Notes under the pieces: generated by a model
What the model was told of the DNA's origin: nothing
What the model saw: only the letters and a program-made list of their open reading frames with translations
Databases searched by the model: none
Program-made: the position numbers and the translations under genes
Part shown: positions 50,635-61,770 of the stretch, piece by piece
Numbering within the stretch: position 1 is the stretch's first letter
Layout of the letters: each line of letters begins with the position of its first letter
DNA from: Gammaproteobacteria bacterium
GTDB lineage: Bacteria > Pseudomonadota > Gammaproteobacteria > UBA4575
Assembly: GCA_965221955.1 (NCBI GenBank)
Contig: CBDCTA010000028.1
Location: forward strand, 96,001-160,000
Length of the DNA: 64,000 nucleotides
Reading direction: 5' to 3'

Positions 50635-52722
50635 ATGAGCGATTTATCTACATATAGAAATATTGGCATCTTCGCCCACGTGGATGCAGGCAAAACCACC
50701 ACATCGGAGCGCATCCTCAGCCTTACTGGAAAAATTCATAAGATTGGCGAAGTGCATGATGGCGAAGCCACTACTGACTTTATGGACCAAGAACGTGAGC
50801 GCGGTATTACTATTCAGTCTGCTGCAACCAGCACCTTCTGGAAGGACCATCGCCTAAACATTATTGATACTCCAGGACACGTAGATTTCACCATTGAAGT
50901 GTACCGTTCGCTTAAAGTGCTTGATGGTGGCGTAGGAGTATTCTGTGGCTCAGGTGGCGTGGAACCCCAATCCGAAACCAACTGGCGTTACGCAAACGAA
51001 TCTAAAGTTGCGCGCATTATCTTTGTGAATAAATTAGACCGCCTTGGAGCTGACTTTTATCGAGTGGTTGACCAAATTAAAAATGTCTTGGGCGCAAAAC
51101 CTCTTGTGATGACTTTACCCATTGGTACTGAAGATAATTTCACAGGCGTTATTGATTTGATGACACGTAAAGCCTGGATCTGGGAAGGCTCAGATGACCC
51201 AATGAACTATAAAGAGCAAGACGTTCCCGAAGATATGAAAGACAAAGTGGAACAGTATCGTGAAGAAATGGTTGAAACCGCTCTTGAGCATGACGATGAT
51301 GCAATGGAAAAATATTTAGATGGTGAAGAGCCGGACATTGATACATTAAAAGCATGCATACGCAAAGGTACTATTGCATTAGACTTCTTCCCCACTTATT
51401 GCGGTTCTGCATTTAAGAACAAAGGTATTCAGTTAGTTCTCGATGCCGTCGTGGATTATCTACCCGGTCCTACTGAAGTTCCCCCTCAACCTGAAGTAGA
51501 CATGGAAGGTAATGAAACCGGTGAATTTGCTGAAGTAGATCCTAACAAACCTCTTCGTGCACTTGCATTTAAAATTATGGATGATCGCTATGGTGCACTT
51601 ACATTCATTCGAATTTACTCCGGTAAATTAGATAAAGGTATGACGGTCATGAACAGTTTTACTGGTAAAACTGAACGCATTGGCCGTATTGTAGAAATGC
51701 ACGCTGATTCACGCGAAGAATTAGATTCAGCGCAAGCAGGTGACATCGTTGCCGTATTAGGCATGAAGAATGTACAAACTGGACACACGCTTTGTGATCC
51801 AAACAAACCTGCAACGCTAGAACCTATGGTCTTCCCTGATCCCGTCATCTCGATGGCGATCTCACCAAAAGATAAAGGTGCTTCTGAGAAAATGGGTGTT
51901 GCCTTAAGCAAAATGGTTGCTGAAGATCCATCTTTCCGTGTTTCGACCGACGAAGACAGTGGTGAAACTATTCTTAAAGGAATGGGCGAATTACATCTAG
52001 ATATTAAAATTGATATTTTAAAGCGCACACATGGTGTAGAAGTAATTGCGGGTGCTCCACAAGTAGCCTACCGCGAGACCATTACTCAACGTGTTGAAGA
52101 TTCTTATACTCACAAAAAACAATCTGGTGGTGCGGGTCAATTCGGTAAAATTGATTACATTGTTGAACCTGGTGAACAAAACAGTGGCTATGAATTTGAA
52201 TCTACGGTAACGGGCGGTAATGTTCCGCGCGAATACTGGCCTGCCATCCAAAAAGCGTTTGGTGACATGATGGACGAAGGTGTACTTGCTGGTTATCCAT
52301 GCCTTGATGTAAAAGTTACCTTGACGGATGGCGCATTCCACGCTGTTGACTCTTCAGCGGTTGCTTTTGAGCTTGCTGCAAAGGCTGCTTATCGTCAAAG
52401 CATGCCTAAGGCAGGACCACAATTGTTAGAGCCTATTATGAAAGTAGATGTATTTACACCTGAAGATCATGTGGGTGATGTAATCGGTGATTTGAACCGT
52501 CGTCGTGGCATGATTAAATCTCAAGATGCGGGCGCAACCGGTACACGTGTAAAAGCAGACGTTCCACTTTCTGAAATGTTTGGTTACATCGGTGATCTTC
52601 GCACTATGACTTCCGGACGTGGCCAATTCTCTATGGAATTTTCTCATTATCTTCCATGCCCTAAGAATGTCGCAGATGAAGTGATTAAAGAAGCAAAAGA
52701 GCGCGCAGAAGCGAAAAAGTAA
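50635..52722 (+). CDS. fusA: Elongation factor G, stand-alone copy outside the str operon
   Basis: [36 protein letters not shown]; no rpsG/tuf neighbours. Confidence 0.95.
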   Translation: MSDLSTYRNIGIFAHVDAGKTTTSERILSLTGKIHKIGEVHDGEATTDFMDQERERGITIQSAATSTFWKDHRLNIIDTPGHVDFTIEVYRSLKVLDGGVGVFCGSGGVEPQSETNWRYANESKVARIIFVNKLDRLGADFYRVVDQIKNVLGAKPLVMTLPIGTEDNFTGVIDLMTRKAWIWEGSDDPMNYKEQDVPEDMKDKVEQYREEMVETALEHDDDAMEKYLDGEEPDIDTLKACIRKGTIALDFFPTYCGSAFKNKGIQLVLDAVVDYLPGPTEVPPQPEVDMEGNETGEFAEVDPNKPLRALAFKIMDDRYGALTFIRIYSGKLDKGMTVMNSFTGKTERIGRIVEMHADSREELDSAQAGDIVAVLGMKNVQTGHTLCDPNKPATLEPMVFPDPVISMAISPKDKGASEKMGVALSKMVAEDPSFRVSTDEDSGETILKGMGELHLDIKIDILKRTHGVEVIAGAPQVAYRETITQRVEDSYTHKKQSGGAGQFGKIDYIVEPGEQNSGYEFESTVTGGNVPREYWPAIQKAFGDMMDEGVLAGYPCLDVKVTLTDGAFHAVDSSAVAFELAAKAAYRQSMPKAGPQLLEPIMKVDVFTPEDHVGDVIGDLNRRRGMIKSQDAGATGTRVKADVPLSEMFGYIGDLRTMTSGRGQFSMEFSHYLPCPKNVADEVIKEAKERAEAKK

Positions 52723-52742
52723 TTTAAATCTGTTAAAAAATT

Positions 52743-52779
52743 AAAAGCCGCACAGGTTATACCTAGTGCGGCTTTTTTG
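52743..52779 (+). terminator. Intrinsic terminator after fusA
   Basis: AAAAGCCGCAC...GTGCGGCTTTTTT. Confidence 0.85.
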
Positions 52780-53072
52780 TGTTACTTGAAGGGAGATCTC
52801 ATAACGATAAATGCTTCATCTCATCGCAAATATGTCCATTTTCATTTTCTTTATCTACTTCTGATGGAACAAAAGTCATTGGCATATTCGCCATCATTTA
52901 CAAAACTTAAAGGCATATAAAACAACATAAGTAATAATAACTATCTCATATTTAAACTCTGGTTTTTAATACAAACTAGTTCGATTTTATATAGTTTTAA
53001 TAATGAAATAAAAAAAGCAGGTAGATTGATCATCCGGCAAAACCAAGTTATTAAAGACTAATAAAATTGATA

Positions 53073-54185
53073 TTACTCAAAATCACAAACCTCTAAACCT
53101 GCTTGAAAGCATTTACTATATATTTCAGCTTGTTTAACACGAGCTTCAGTACTTGGGTGTGTCGATAAATAATCCCATAAGCCATTATCATCATTATTTT
53201 TTGGATCAATCTCTTCTTCATCTACACTACCCATTCCATCAATGCTTTTAGTTATCCGACTTAAAATTGAGGAAAATGAGTTAGGATCAATCTTTGCTTT
53301 CAACATAAGTCCAAAAGCATATTTATCCGCTTCTGTTTCATGATTACGCGAATAATGTGTGCTCACCAACAAGGAACCTAGTCCTATACCTAAATCTGCA
53401 ATCCCATTATTGTCTCCTGTAACCAACATAATAGCGGTCGTTATAAGTGTTGCTTCGATCACCATTTCTAGACTATGCCGATGAACTACATGTCCCATTT
53501 CGTGCAATAAAACCGAATCCATCTCATCTTGTGTTTCACACAACCGTACAAATTCGTCTGTTAACACAATGTCACCAGATGGCAATGCTAATGCATTAGG
53601 TATTCCAAATTCACCCTCGCTCCAATCACGAAAGTGTAATGTATAGTTTATAGAGACATGGTTCTCTTCAAGTGGAATCACTTTTGACTTGAAGTGCTCA
53701 CGTATATTTTCCATTGTTTCAGAATCAAGCTTGCTTTCTTCAAAAATATAGTCATCCAAGAACTCAAGCGTATTTGCAGCTATAAATTCATTGGTTTCTT
53801 GTGGTAAGGCATGCGCAATTTTTGTGCTGATCCAAGGTATGCCCCATTTAAAAAATGAAATGGATGAAATAATAGTCAGTATCAAAGCTACAGCAACTAA
53901 ACCAAGGTGGGATTCAAAAACATGAATAAGGTTACTTATCTTGCTGCGACTATTAAATAATTTATCAACCGCATCATTATCATGCGTAGCAAAAACAGAG
54001 CCATCTTGAAACGTTAACTTTCGCTCAACATTTCCTAAGCGATCACTAACCTTTATATACTCTAGATCAACAAAAATAGAAGCTCGCCCTTCAATATCTA
54101 ATTTGTAGCGTTCTCCTACAAGATGCAACACAGCAGGAACTTGCGCTGCACCTCCTTTGTCATACCATTTTCCTTGAATTAACAA
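53073..54185 (-). CDS. M48 family metallopeptidase
   Basis: PNALALPSG, HEMGH, YSR..E.EAD, LSTHP...R. Confidence 0.9.
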   Translation of the reverse strand: MLIQGKWYDKGGAAQVPAVLHLVGERYKLDIEGRASIFVDLEYIKVSDRLGNVERKLTFQDGSVFATHDNDAVDKLFNSRSKISNLIHVFESHLGLVAVALILTIISSISFFKWGIPWISTKIAHALPQETNEFIAANTLEFLDDYIFEESKLDSETMENIREHFKSKVIPLEENHVSINYTLHFRDWSEGEFGIPNALALPSGDIVLTDEFVRLCETQDEMDSVLLHEMGHVVHRHSLEMVIEATLITTAIMLVTGDNNGIADLGIGLGSLLVSTHYSRNHETEADKYAFGLMLKAKIDPNSFSSILSRITKSIDGMGSVDEEEIDPKNNDDNGLWDYLSTHPSTEARVKQAEIYSKCFQAGLEVCDFE

Positions 54186-55391
54186 TTAAAACCCGATCCC
54201 CACATCAACATCGAATGCGTCTCCGATTTGTTCACCTAAGGACGACTGTTCCTTTTGCTTTTGTGTTATATACATTTCAAAGCCATGGTCAGTATTTACC
54301 TGTGTATTTTCGAGAAGCAACCTTGCCATTCTTACTTTTGCCCAAGGCAACCCTAGACCCAAAGTAAAAATGATAATAATGAAATTAGTAATCATTACCC
54401 ATGCAAAAGGTCTGGAGCGAAGCGTTGAAGCAAATGTAATTTTGTTATCTAAATTTGAATTATCATAAATATAAGTACGCTGCCGTGTGTACATATATGC
54501 AACGACAAGAAGACTCACGATGATAAAACCAAGATACACAAGACCAATAATCAAACCTAAGCCTCCTGCCAATGCCATTTGGATAGCTTCAGGATCTTCC
54601 AAGCTATTTTGTAGTTGCAAAATTTCATTTGCAGCTCCAGTAAAATATGCAATTGCTGTTATAGCTACTATTAAAGCAATAAATGCCAAAATACTAATGC
54701 CAGCCGTTTTCAACAGAATCATTGCGAACGTTTTTGTTTCTACATTTGTATGAAACACGCCTTGACCATATCGATATCCATTTATCGCATAATGCGTATT
54801 TCTCTTTTTAAGATATGAAAAAATGAAAAAAGTTAGAACGACAAATAATATAGCTGCAATCAGAATTGCCAATCCTAACATTACCCCCATTTGCAAACCC
54901 ATCATTGGGATAGCAATTGCTAAAGCAATCGGAATACCATACAAAACGAGCACACTTACAATCGGTAACAATAGATAATTAATATAGGCACCACTTAGCA
55001 CTCCCTCAAAACCAAACCTTACATTGCTGAAGCTTGTCATTCGCATGTTGAATTTCAGACTTCTCCAGATAATCCAAGGAAAAGCAAAAACAAAAATTAA
55101 AACAACAATAACACTACCTGTAGGCGAAATATTTTGAATGAAAATAAATGCAAGAAACAATCCCATTGCAATTAAATAACCAATGAAAAGCTGTTTACCG
55201 GTTGCATGGTATTCAAAATTTCTTCCCTCAAGTACACTATTTGCACAAAAATACCGACGGTTACGTACTTTAGCCCAGGGGTAATAAAGGCCTACCGTTA
55301 TGATCGTTAACAATATATTGACGATCCAAATTTTAAAATACTCAAATCCGCTACCCTCAAATTGCAATGCTTTCATTGTCGTCCCTTTCAA
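54186..55391 (-). CDS. YjgN/DUF898 membrane protein
   Basis: F.G.G.EYF.IWIVN.LLT..T.GLY.PWAKVR; usual M48 partner. Confidence 0.9.
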   Translation of the reverse strand: MKGTTMKALQFEGSGFEYFKIWIVNILLTIITVGLYYPWAKVRNRRYFCANSVLEGRNFEYHATGKQLFIGYLIAMGLFLAFIFIQNISPTGSVIVVLIFVFAFPWIIWRSLKFNMRMTSFSNVRFGFEGVLSGAYINYLLLPIVSVLVLYGIPIALAIAIPMMGLQMGVMLGLAILIAAILFVVLTFFIFSYLKKRNTHYAINGYRYGQGVFHTNVETKTFAMILLKTAGISILAFIALIVAITAIAYFTGAANEILQLQNSLEDPEAIQMALAGGLGLIIGLVYLGFIIVSLLVVAYMYTRQRTYIYDNSNLDNKITFASTLRSRPFAWVMITNFIIIIFTLGLGLPWAKVRMARLLLENTQVNTDHGFEMYITQKQKEQSSLGEQIGDAFDVDVGIGF

Positions 55392-55434
55392 ATGATTATT
55401 AAGTTATTTCATTCTAAATTATTTAAAACTTTAC

Positions 55435-55803
55435 CTAAGCTTCGAACGTTGCATTAGCTTCTTGCTGCCGTGCAGTTCGATACGAATCGATGATTCCTAT
55501 TACCCAAGTAAAGAAAAATACTAAAGTCAAGATATTGATAAGTTGTATTTCTTGAGGAGTTTGCGACTTTTCAATCAAATCTCTAATAATATTCATATCT
55601 GGTGGAATTTCACCACTGACAATTTTATCTGAGATAGTTTTTGCTTTAGAAACAGCTTTAGACATGATCACAAACATAATAAAAAACGCAAGAGCGAATA
55701 AAAAGGATCCAAAATAGTATTTCTTTAAATAGATATGCCCCGCACCAGGACAAATAAACGCAGAAAGTAATGCAGCTTTTGTTGATCTTTTCATTTTATG
55801 CAA
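55435..55803 (-). CDS. Small membrane protein (PG.GH.Y motif)
   Basis: ALLSAFICPGAGHIYL ... W..GIIDSYR. Confidence 0.7.
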   Translation of the reverse strand: MHKMKRSTKAALLSAFICPGAGHIYLKKYYFGSFLFALAFFIMFVIMSKAVSKAKTISDKIVSGEIPPDMNIIRDLIEKSQTPQEIQLINILTLVFFFTWVIGIIDSYRTARQQEANATFEA

Positions 55804-56058
55804 TTTTTACTCTAGAAGCCCAAATACAGAATTAGCAATTAAATCAATCAGACTTAACTATAAAAACAGACACTATACCTATACAAACAGCATCAAATGT
55901 CCCATTTATCCTATATGATCATCCAATTAACCGTATAACATTGCTGCTATAGCCTTATATGCTAGATTTGCTGATCAAAAATATAACCGAAACCCATAGT
56001 TTTTTATTCGGATAAGACTAATTCACAACAAATTTAAACAATAAATAGCAACTGTTAG

Positions 56059-56325
56059 CTACCTTAACTGACTATCTTTACTACCGCGTCTATTGATGCC
56101 AGAAGTCTACGTTTTTTCTTCTTCGAATATTGCTTGGCACTTAACGCATAAGCGCACACCTGGGATTACATTACGACGTGCATTAGGTATTTCAACATCA
56201 CACTCATCGCAACGAAACAAACCCTCGCCAGTTGTCAGTTTGCTCCTTGCTTTTTTTACAGCGTCTTCTACACTTGCATCAATTTGATCTTGTACAGCCC
56301 CATCTCGTGCCCATCCATTAGCCAT
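56059..56325 (-). pseudogene. ybiI: DksA/TraR C4 zinc-finger YbiI-like gene with in-frame TAG at 56107-56109
   Basis: GGAGG RBS; MANGWARD..CDEC..CVKC..EKT*TSGINRRGSKDSQLR*; conserved tail lies in frame after the stop. Confidence 0.8.
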
Positions 56326-56421
56326 AAAAACCTCCAATTTTAATATGCTTCTAAAACTACTTTGCTACTAGCATATATATGATCTACTATTTTCTAACAT
56401 GGATGTAACTGTTTTCAAACT

Positions 56422-56952
56422 ATGACTCAACCACAAACTTCAATTAAAGGGCTTTTAGCCGTCATTTGGGCAATTTGTGGCTTGTCATTATTACTAGGGT
56501 TCGCGTGCTGGCGCTTGTCTGCTTACACCATTGAATCGTTTTCTATGCCATTGAATTGGGTACATTGGTTAGTATTTATTGCTTGGGCAGTTTTTATGGC
56601 GCATGGAGAGGGTTACAAAGGCTTTCAATTAAAATTTTCACCACGCTTTGCAGCCCGCTGTAAATATTTGGTATCCAATGCCACATGGATGCAAACATTA
56701 TTAGCGCCTTTATTTTGTATGGCTTATTTTCATGCTCCTAAAAAACGGATAATTGCAACTTGGGCATTAACTTTTATGATTATTAGTTTCATACTTACGT
56801 TCCAATATATACCGCAACCTTGGAAAGGCTTACTAGACTTTGGTGTAGTCTTTGGCTTGCTCTGGGGAATAGTTTCAACTGCTTATTTTTGCTTTAAAGC
56901 TTTCACAGATAAAAATTTTAATCGGGACAATGAAGTATTAGTCACATCATGA
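56422..56952 (+). CDS. Conserved membrane protein
   Basis: TM helices, EGYKGFQ..FSPR..AR, APLFCM, QPW.G..D.GVV. Confidence 0.7.
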   Translation: MTQPQTSIKGLLAVIWAICGLSLLLGFACWRLSAYTIESFSMPLNWVHWLVFIAWAVFMAHGEGYKGFQLKFSPRFAARCKYLVSNATWMQTLLAPLFCMAYFHAPKKRIIATWALTFMIISFILTFQYIPQPWKGLLDFGVVFGLLWGIVSTAYFCFKAFTDKNFNRDNEVLVTS

Positions 56953-57018
56953 ACTAATTCAGGTTCGAACTATCTAAATTTAGTAATTTAATATTTATAA
57001 ACTCTTGGAGAACTACGC

Positions 57019-57321
57019 ATGTTTATTGCAATGAATCGCTTCAAAATTATTCCTGGTAATGAAGAAGATTTTTTAGATATTTGGAGAAATAGGGAAACCT
57101 TCTTAGACGAAGTTCCCGGCTTTAAGCAATTCAATTTATTGCGTGGACCAAAAACAGATGACTATAGCTTATTTGCTTCGCATTCTATTTGGGATTCAAA
57201 ACAAGCTTTTGAAGACTGGACAAAATCTGAAGCTTTCCGAAAGGCACATGCCAATGCTGGTAATGCAAAACCAGTATATATTGGCAAGCCTGAATTTGAA
57301 GGATTTGAAGTGGCTTTATAG
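57019..57321 (+). CDS. ABM-family monooxygenase (heme-degrading-like)
   Basis: MFIAMNRF, VPGF..F.LL, W.SK.AF.DWT.SEAFR.AH. Confidence 0.88.
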   Translation: MFIAMNRFKIIPGNEEDFLDIWRNRETFLDEVPGFKQFNLLRGPKTDDYSLFASHSIWDSKQAFEDWTKSEAFRKAHANAGNAKPVYIGKPEFEGFEVAL

Positions 57322-57334
57322 ATTCGAAATTAAA

Positions 57335-58510
57335 ATGCGTTCGTATTACTTGTATATAGTGTTGTTGCTGTACACATTTAATTGTTTTGCAGCGAGTCCA
57401 CTCGACACGCTTAGAAACTTGTCTTCATCTTCATTACTACTTATAGATGAAAACAAACAAGCAGTTCAAACGAAAAACCCCAATCAACTATACATCCCTG
57501 CTTCTACCATAAAAGTCTTGACTTCTCTTATAGCGCTTGATCATTGGGGGCCTGATCACCGCTTTAAAACAGATTTTTTCTATGAATCAAACACAAAGAG
57601 TCTATGGATAAAAGGTTATGGTGACCCTCATTTAACCTCTGAAGAGTTAGATCTTATCGTAAGTGCTATCTCTAACATAGGTATCACTGAACTCGATACG
57701 ATAGGAATTGATACAAGCTTTTTTAGCAAGACCATTAGCATAGACGGGCAAGGAAATACTTTAAATCCATATGACGCTACCGTAGGTGCTGTTTCAGCAA
57801 ATTTTAATACCATTAATGTTCGCATCTATGATGATAGTATTAGCAGCAGCGAAACCCAAACTCCACTAACCCCCCTCGCCAATGAATTAGCCCAAGGTTT
57901 ATCAATCGGTACACATCGTATTAATCTAGGCAAAGCTGAACATGGCCCTCAGTATTTCTACGAATTATTAAAAGCCAAGCTGAACCGATCGGCAATTCCA
58001 ACCGATGCGTTATTTTTAAGCGGAGATGTTCCAAAATCGGCTAAATTATTATTCACTTATCACAACAGTAAAAAGTTGGAACAACTCATTGCCTCTATGC
58101 TTGAATACTCTAATAACTTTATTGCCAATCAGCTATTCCTAAAGCTAGGTGCAGATTACTTTGGTGCTCCAGCAAGCCTTGAGAAATCTCAGAAAACAAT
58201 CAATAAATATATACAAGATAATTTTAATTGGTCTAAGCATGTAATTGTTGAAGGTGCAGGCTTATCTAGAAAAAACCGCTTAAGTGCGCAACAGCTCATC
58301 GACGTATTAGAAGTATTTGAGCCTTACAGACATCTTTTGCCTAACCAATCACCAGATATATTTGCAAAATCAGGTACTTTAAATAACGTCAGTACGTATG
58401 CAGGTTACATTAATCGCAAGGACCATTGGTCACCATTTGCGATTATGATTAACCAAAACGTAAATTTTCACTTTAGGGAAGAAGTGGTCAAAGAATTATT
58501 GAAACGCTAA
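57335..58510 (+). CDS. dacB: D-Ala-D-Ala carboxypeptidase/endopeptidase (PBP4, S13)
   Basis: Signal from ATG 57335; PASTIK, GDP, SNN, GLSR.N, KSGTL. Confidence 0.88.
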   Translation: MRSYYLYIVLLLYTFNCFAASPLDTLRNLSSSSLLLIDENKQAVQTKNPNQLYIPASTIKVLTSLIALDHWGPDHRFKTDFFYESNTKSLWIKGYGDPHLTSEELDLIVSAISNIGITELDTIGIDTSFFSKTISIDGQGNTLNPYDATVGAVSANFNTINVRIYDDSISSSETQTPLTPLANELAQGLSIGTHRINLGKAEHGPQYFYELLKAKLNRSAIPTDALFLSGDVPKSAKLLFTYHNSKKLEQLIASMLEYSNNFIANQLFLKLGADYFGAPASLEKSQKTINKYIQDNFNWSKHVIVEGAGLSRKNRLSAQQLIDVLEVFEPYRHLLPNQSPDIFAKSGTLNNVSTYAGYINRKDHWSPFAIMINQNVNFHFREEVVKELLKR

Positions 58511-58520
58511 ATTATAATCT

Positions 58521-59366
58521 TCAAGCGATTAGGCCTTTTAGGTCCTTGATTAAAGGGTTTAAAAAATGCTTATCTTTCCAATAGACATTATGGCTTAACG
58601 GGTTCCACATCGTCATTACTCCACCAACATTAATAGCACTATCCTCATTAACCTCGGTTTTATAGCTTTGTTTGCCTGCTCGAGTGTTTAGATTTTTCAA
58701 CGGCCAGCCTAACGCATCATCTGGATCGTAAAAGTTTTTCCATTTGAACGAGTACCCTCTGCTAGATGAAGTAATAGATTGAATCTTAGATTGGGGGATT
58801 CCAGCAATGAATATTGGGATATTACAACCTGAGAAATATAAATATTTTAGTGTCTTCAAACGTCGAAATTTATCTAAACCAGAACCTGGAGGTGAATCTT
58901 CAAATCCTCCGTCACACCATGCGCCTTGTGATGCAGATTTACACTGTGCGTCCCAAATATAATTAGAAATTATATGGCAACCAAGAGAGTGAGCTACAAT
59001 TACTACTTTCCCCTCCTCTCCTACTTCATCATAAGCAGCATCAATTTCATCTAGTACGTTATTCTGTACTTGCTCATATGCACTATTGGGCAAACTCGCT
59101 TGTCGTTCAAACCCTGCAGCATCAGAAAAACCATATAACAAGAATCTTCGCAACCTAATCCAATCAATATCATCATTTTTCTTATATCTATCAAATAGCT
59201 TTTTTTGGTGATCTTGAAATATATCCTGATAGTAAATTTCGCCAAAATGCACATGTCCCCATTTACTACCAAGTGCTCGGCTCAGTTTTTTTCTAATATC
59301 ATCAGAATAACCTCTTTCAGTATCTCCCATACCATGAATAGTTAGCACTGCAATATTATTCGCCAT
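58521..59366 (-). CDS. Alpha/beta-hydrolase-fold protein
   Basis: IHGMG, AHSLG nucleophile elbow, W.NFYD.DD.L, SH..YW. Confidence 0.7.
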   Translation of the reverse strand: MANNIAVLTIHGMGDTERGYSDDIRKKLSRALGSKWGHVHFGEIYYQDIFQDHQKKLFDRYKKNDDIDWIRLRRFLLYGFSDAAGFERQASLPNSAYEQVQNNVLDEIDAAYDEVGEEGKVVIVAHSLGCHIISNYIWDAQCKSASQGAWCDGGFEDSPPGSGLDKFRRLKTLKYLYFSGCNIPIFIAGIPQSKIQSITSSSRGYSFKWKNFYDPDDALGWPLKNLNTRAGKQSYKTEVNEDSAINVGGVMTMWNPLSHNVYWKDKHFLNPLIKDLKGLIA

Positions 59367-59529
59367 AAACCCTCCTATATCACTTAACTGATGCGTACCT
59401 ATATTAACATGCTATTTCTCACAACCTTTTCTAATAGAAAATATCTAATAATTTAGAGCATAAATTAACGCTAACTACATAGAATAATTATTTTTATTTA
59501 ATTAAAACTTTTTACGCTACAATATTTCA

Positions 59530-60864
59530 ATGCAAAAAAATCGATTTTTAAAAAAGCTGAGCAAAGAATTACCCATATGGGAAAGTAATGGCTGGGTTAC
59601 CAAACAAAATAGTGAGGCAATTCTTAAGCATGTTGGCGCAACAGATAGCCAGTTTAATTTACTCACATTTGGCGTTGCAGTTTTAGGCGTTTTATTACTT
59701 GGCTCAGGCATTATTACCTATTTTGCTGCAAATTGGTCAGAAATGGCCAAAATCACAAAACTTATTCTGTTATTTGGCGCCATGTATATGACCTTTATAG
59801 CGGCTGGATATTTTTCTAAACCTGAAAAATCACCTCTTTTAGGACAAGCATTGTTAGTTTTGGGAGTGATCATCTTTGGCGCCAACATAATGTTGATTGC
59901 GCAGATTTATCACATAGACGAACATTATCCGAATGGTGTTCTATTTTGGGCATTAGGTGGATTATTAACTGCATATCTATTGAAATCTCACGCTGCATTG
60001 GCATTAAGTATCGCCTTGTCCGTTCTATGGACAACCTTAGAAACGTTTGGATTCAACCACATTCATTTTTGGTTTTTGGCCTTGTGGTTAGCTTTTATAC
60101 CAATACTTTATACGCAAAAGTGGAACTTTGCTTTACACCTTGCACTTATTGCACTGATTACTTGGAGCGTGTACAGCTTTTTTGAATTTGATAAAGCAAA
60201 CAATGAAATTTATTTAGCGCAAATTTATTTTATTTTATTTTTAGCATTATTTCTTATCGGGATGCTTTGCGCTACAACTGAGCACGTAAAGTTTTTTGCT
60301 AAACCCATACAGAATTACAGTGCCTTTGCTGCATTGGGTAGCTTCTACATCCTAACTTTCCCCGATATTCAAAGAGGATATCGATATTATGAAGAAAATC
60401 TAAGGTCTGAAGCATCAAACACTTGGTTATTAATAACTTTTGTATGCTTAGCAATCTTAGTAATACTGACAATATGGCATCGAATTCGATCTGCACAACA
60501 CGAACGAGCAAAATATCTCGTTTATGGTCAATTCCTAATTGCAGCAGTGGTGTTATCCATCATTATGAATTTATTTCTGGGTGGAAAGCATGGTGGCTTA
60601 ATGGCGATTATCTTAAATTTGTTATTTTTTTCTGGAATGGTTTGGTTACTGTTTGCAGGAACCCATACCAATAATCGCACACTCATTAATTTAGCATTTA
60701 TTTTCTTTGCAATCGCTTTGCTTACACGCTACTTCGATACTTTTTGGACTTTATTAAATCGTTCGTTCTTCTTCATGGCAGGAGGCTTAATTCTGATTAT
60801 TGGTGGTTATTTCCTAGAAAAACAACGTCGAAAATTTACTGCAGCCACACACAAAGTAAAATAA
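59530..60864 (+). CDS. DUF2157 membrane protein
   Basis: L..W...G, G.I.YFAANW, GANI.LIAQIYH. Confidence 0.88.
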   Translation: MQKNRFLKKLSKELPIWESNGWVTKQNSEAILKHVGATDSQFNLLTFGVAVLGVLLLGSGIITYFAANWSEMAKITKLILLFGAMYMTFIAAGYFSKPEKSPLLGQALLVLGVIIFGANIMLIAQIYHIDEHYPNGVLFWALGGLLTAYLLKSHAALALSIALSVLWTTLETFGFNHIHFWFLALWLAFIPILYTQKWNFALHLALIALITWSVYSFFEFDKANNEIYLAQIYFILFLALFLIGMLCATTEHVKFFAKPIQNYSAFAALGSFYILTFPDIQRGYRYYEENLRSEASNTWLLITFVCLAILVILTIWHRIRSAQHERAKYLVYGQFLIAAVVLSIIMNLFLGGKHGGLMAIILNLLFFSGMVWLLFAGTHTNNRTLINLAFIFFAIALLTRYFDTFWTLLNRSFFFMAGGLILIIGGYFLEKQRRKFTAATHKVK

Positions 60865-60876
60865 ATAATAAACATA

Positions 60877-61440
60877 ATGACACGAATTCTAGCCATCTTA
60901 GTTATATTTACATTGTTACTTTGCTCAATGATTGGGATTAAGCAATGGACACTAAACACTGGTACACCTGTTTTACTAGAAACGCAACCTATTGATCCGC
61001 GCTCTTTATTTCGTGGAGATTATGTGCGCTTAAACTACACCATTAGCAATCTCAAACCTTCAGAACTGAATGGTGATGATGATTTTCAACGTTATGATAA
61101 AATATATGTGGTATTACAACAGCAAGAAAAATATTGGCAACCAATTGCAATCCATCATCACAAACCCGCAAATGACAATGCAACCTTGCTTGGAAAGGTG
61201 CAGCGTGTAAACGAGTACTTCTGGAATCCAGAAACAGGAGAATCAGAAGAAGTGACTAACTTACGTGTGAAATATGGAATAGAAAATTATTTTGTTCCAG
61301 AGGGTGAAGGGTTAGAACTTGAACGTAGAGATAACGATCAAATTGTTGATATTCGGGTCGCAATCGATAGATTTGGAAAATCAGGTATCAAAGAAGTATT
61401 GGTCAACGATCAAGTACAATATACCGAAACTCTATTCTGA
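60877..61440 (+). CDS. GDYXXLXY domain protein
   Basis: PIDPRSLFRGDYVRLNY, YGIE.YFVPEG; usual DUF2157 partner. Confidence 0.9.
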   Translation: MTRILAILVIFTLLLCSMIGIKQWTLNTGTPVLLETQPIDPRSLFRGDYVRLNYTISNLKPSELNGDDDFQRYDKIYVVLQQQEKYWQPIAIHHHKPANDNATLLGKVQRVNEYFWNPETGESEEVTNLRVKYGIENYFVPEGEGLELERRDNDQIVDIRVAIDRFGKSGIKEVLVNDQVQYTETLF

Positions 61441-61449
61441 AATTTGTAT

Positions 61450-61479
61450 AAAAAAACCCGGCTAACACCAGGTTTTTTT
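61450..61479. terminator. Bidirectional terminator
   Basis: AAAAAAACC-CGG..CCAGG-TTTTTTT between convergent genes. Confidence 0.65.
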
Positions 61480-61500
61480 ACTTAAGGAAGTACTTAGTAT

Positions 61501-61623
61501 TTAGTGATGACGTCTGAGCTCGCTATTATGATAGCCATCACGCTCTTTTAATAAACGCCACATTCCAATTAGGGTCACACCCACTACTACTAGTTGTAAG
61601 GCAATAATTAAAAATGCTTCCAT
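61501..61623 (-). CDS. 40-aa single-TM small protein (below cutoff)
   Basis: GGAG RBS; MEAFLIIALQLVVVGVTLIGMWRLLKERDGYHNSELRRHH*; terminator follows. Confidence 0.55.
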   Translation of the reverse strand: MEAFLIIALQLVVVGVTLIGMWRLLKERDGYHNSELRRHH

Positions 61624-61770
61624 CTATCCAACTCCAGGCTTAGGTTAAAAAACATCTCTTTTTATAGGAGAGATCCAACAGGGAATGTGTATTGTCCATG
61701 TGAACTAAGTCACATTTTAGAGTTAGTGATAATAGGTTTCGCTGAATGGATAAACGGTAGAATGCACAGT

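Noticed and set aside
52785-52949. Possible decayed gene on the minus strand after the fusA terminator
   Set aside because: Only short stop-interrupted fragments with no recognisable family.
56107-56109. Pyrrolysine at the ybiI TAG
   Set aside because: No pyl genes in the window, TAG is a normal stop in other genes here, and the position is a variable linker.
57143-57334. N-terminal extension of the dacB ORF in the track
   Set aside because: It overlaps the ABM gene; the signal peptide starts at ATG 57335.
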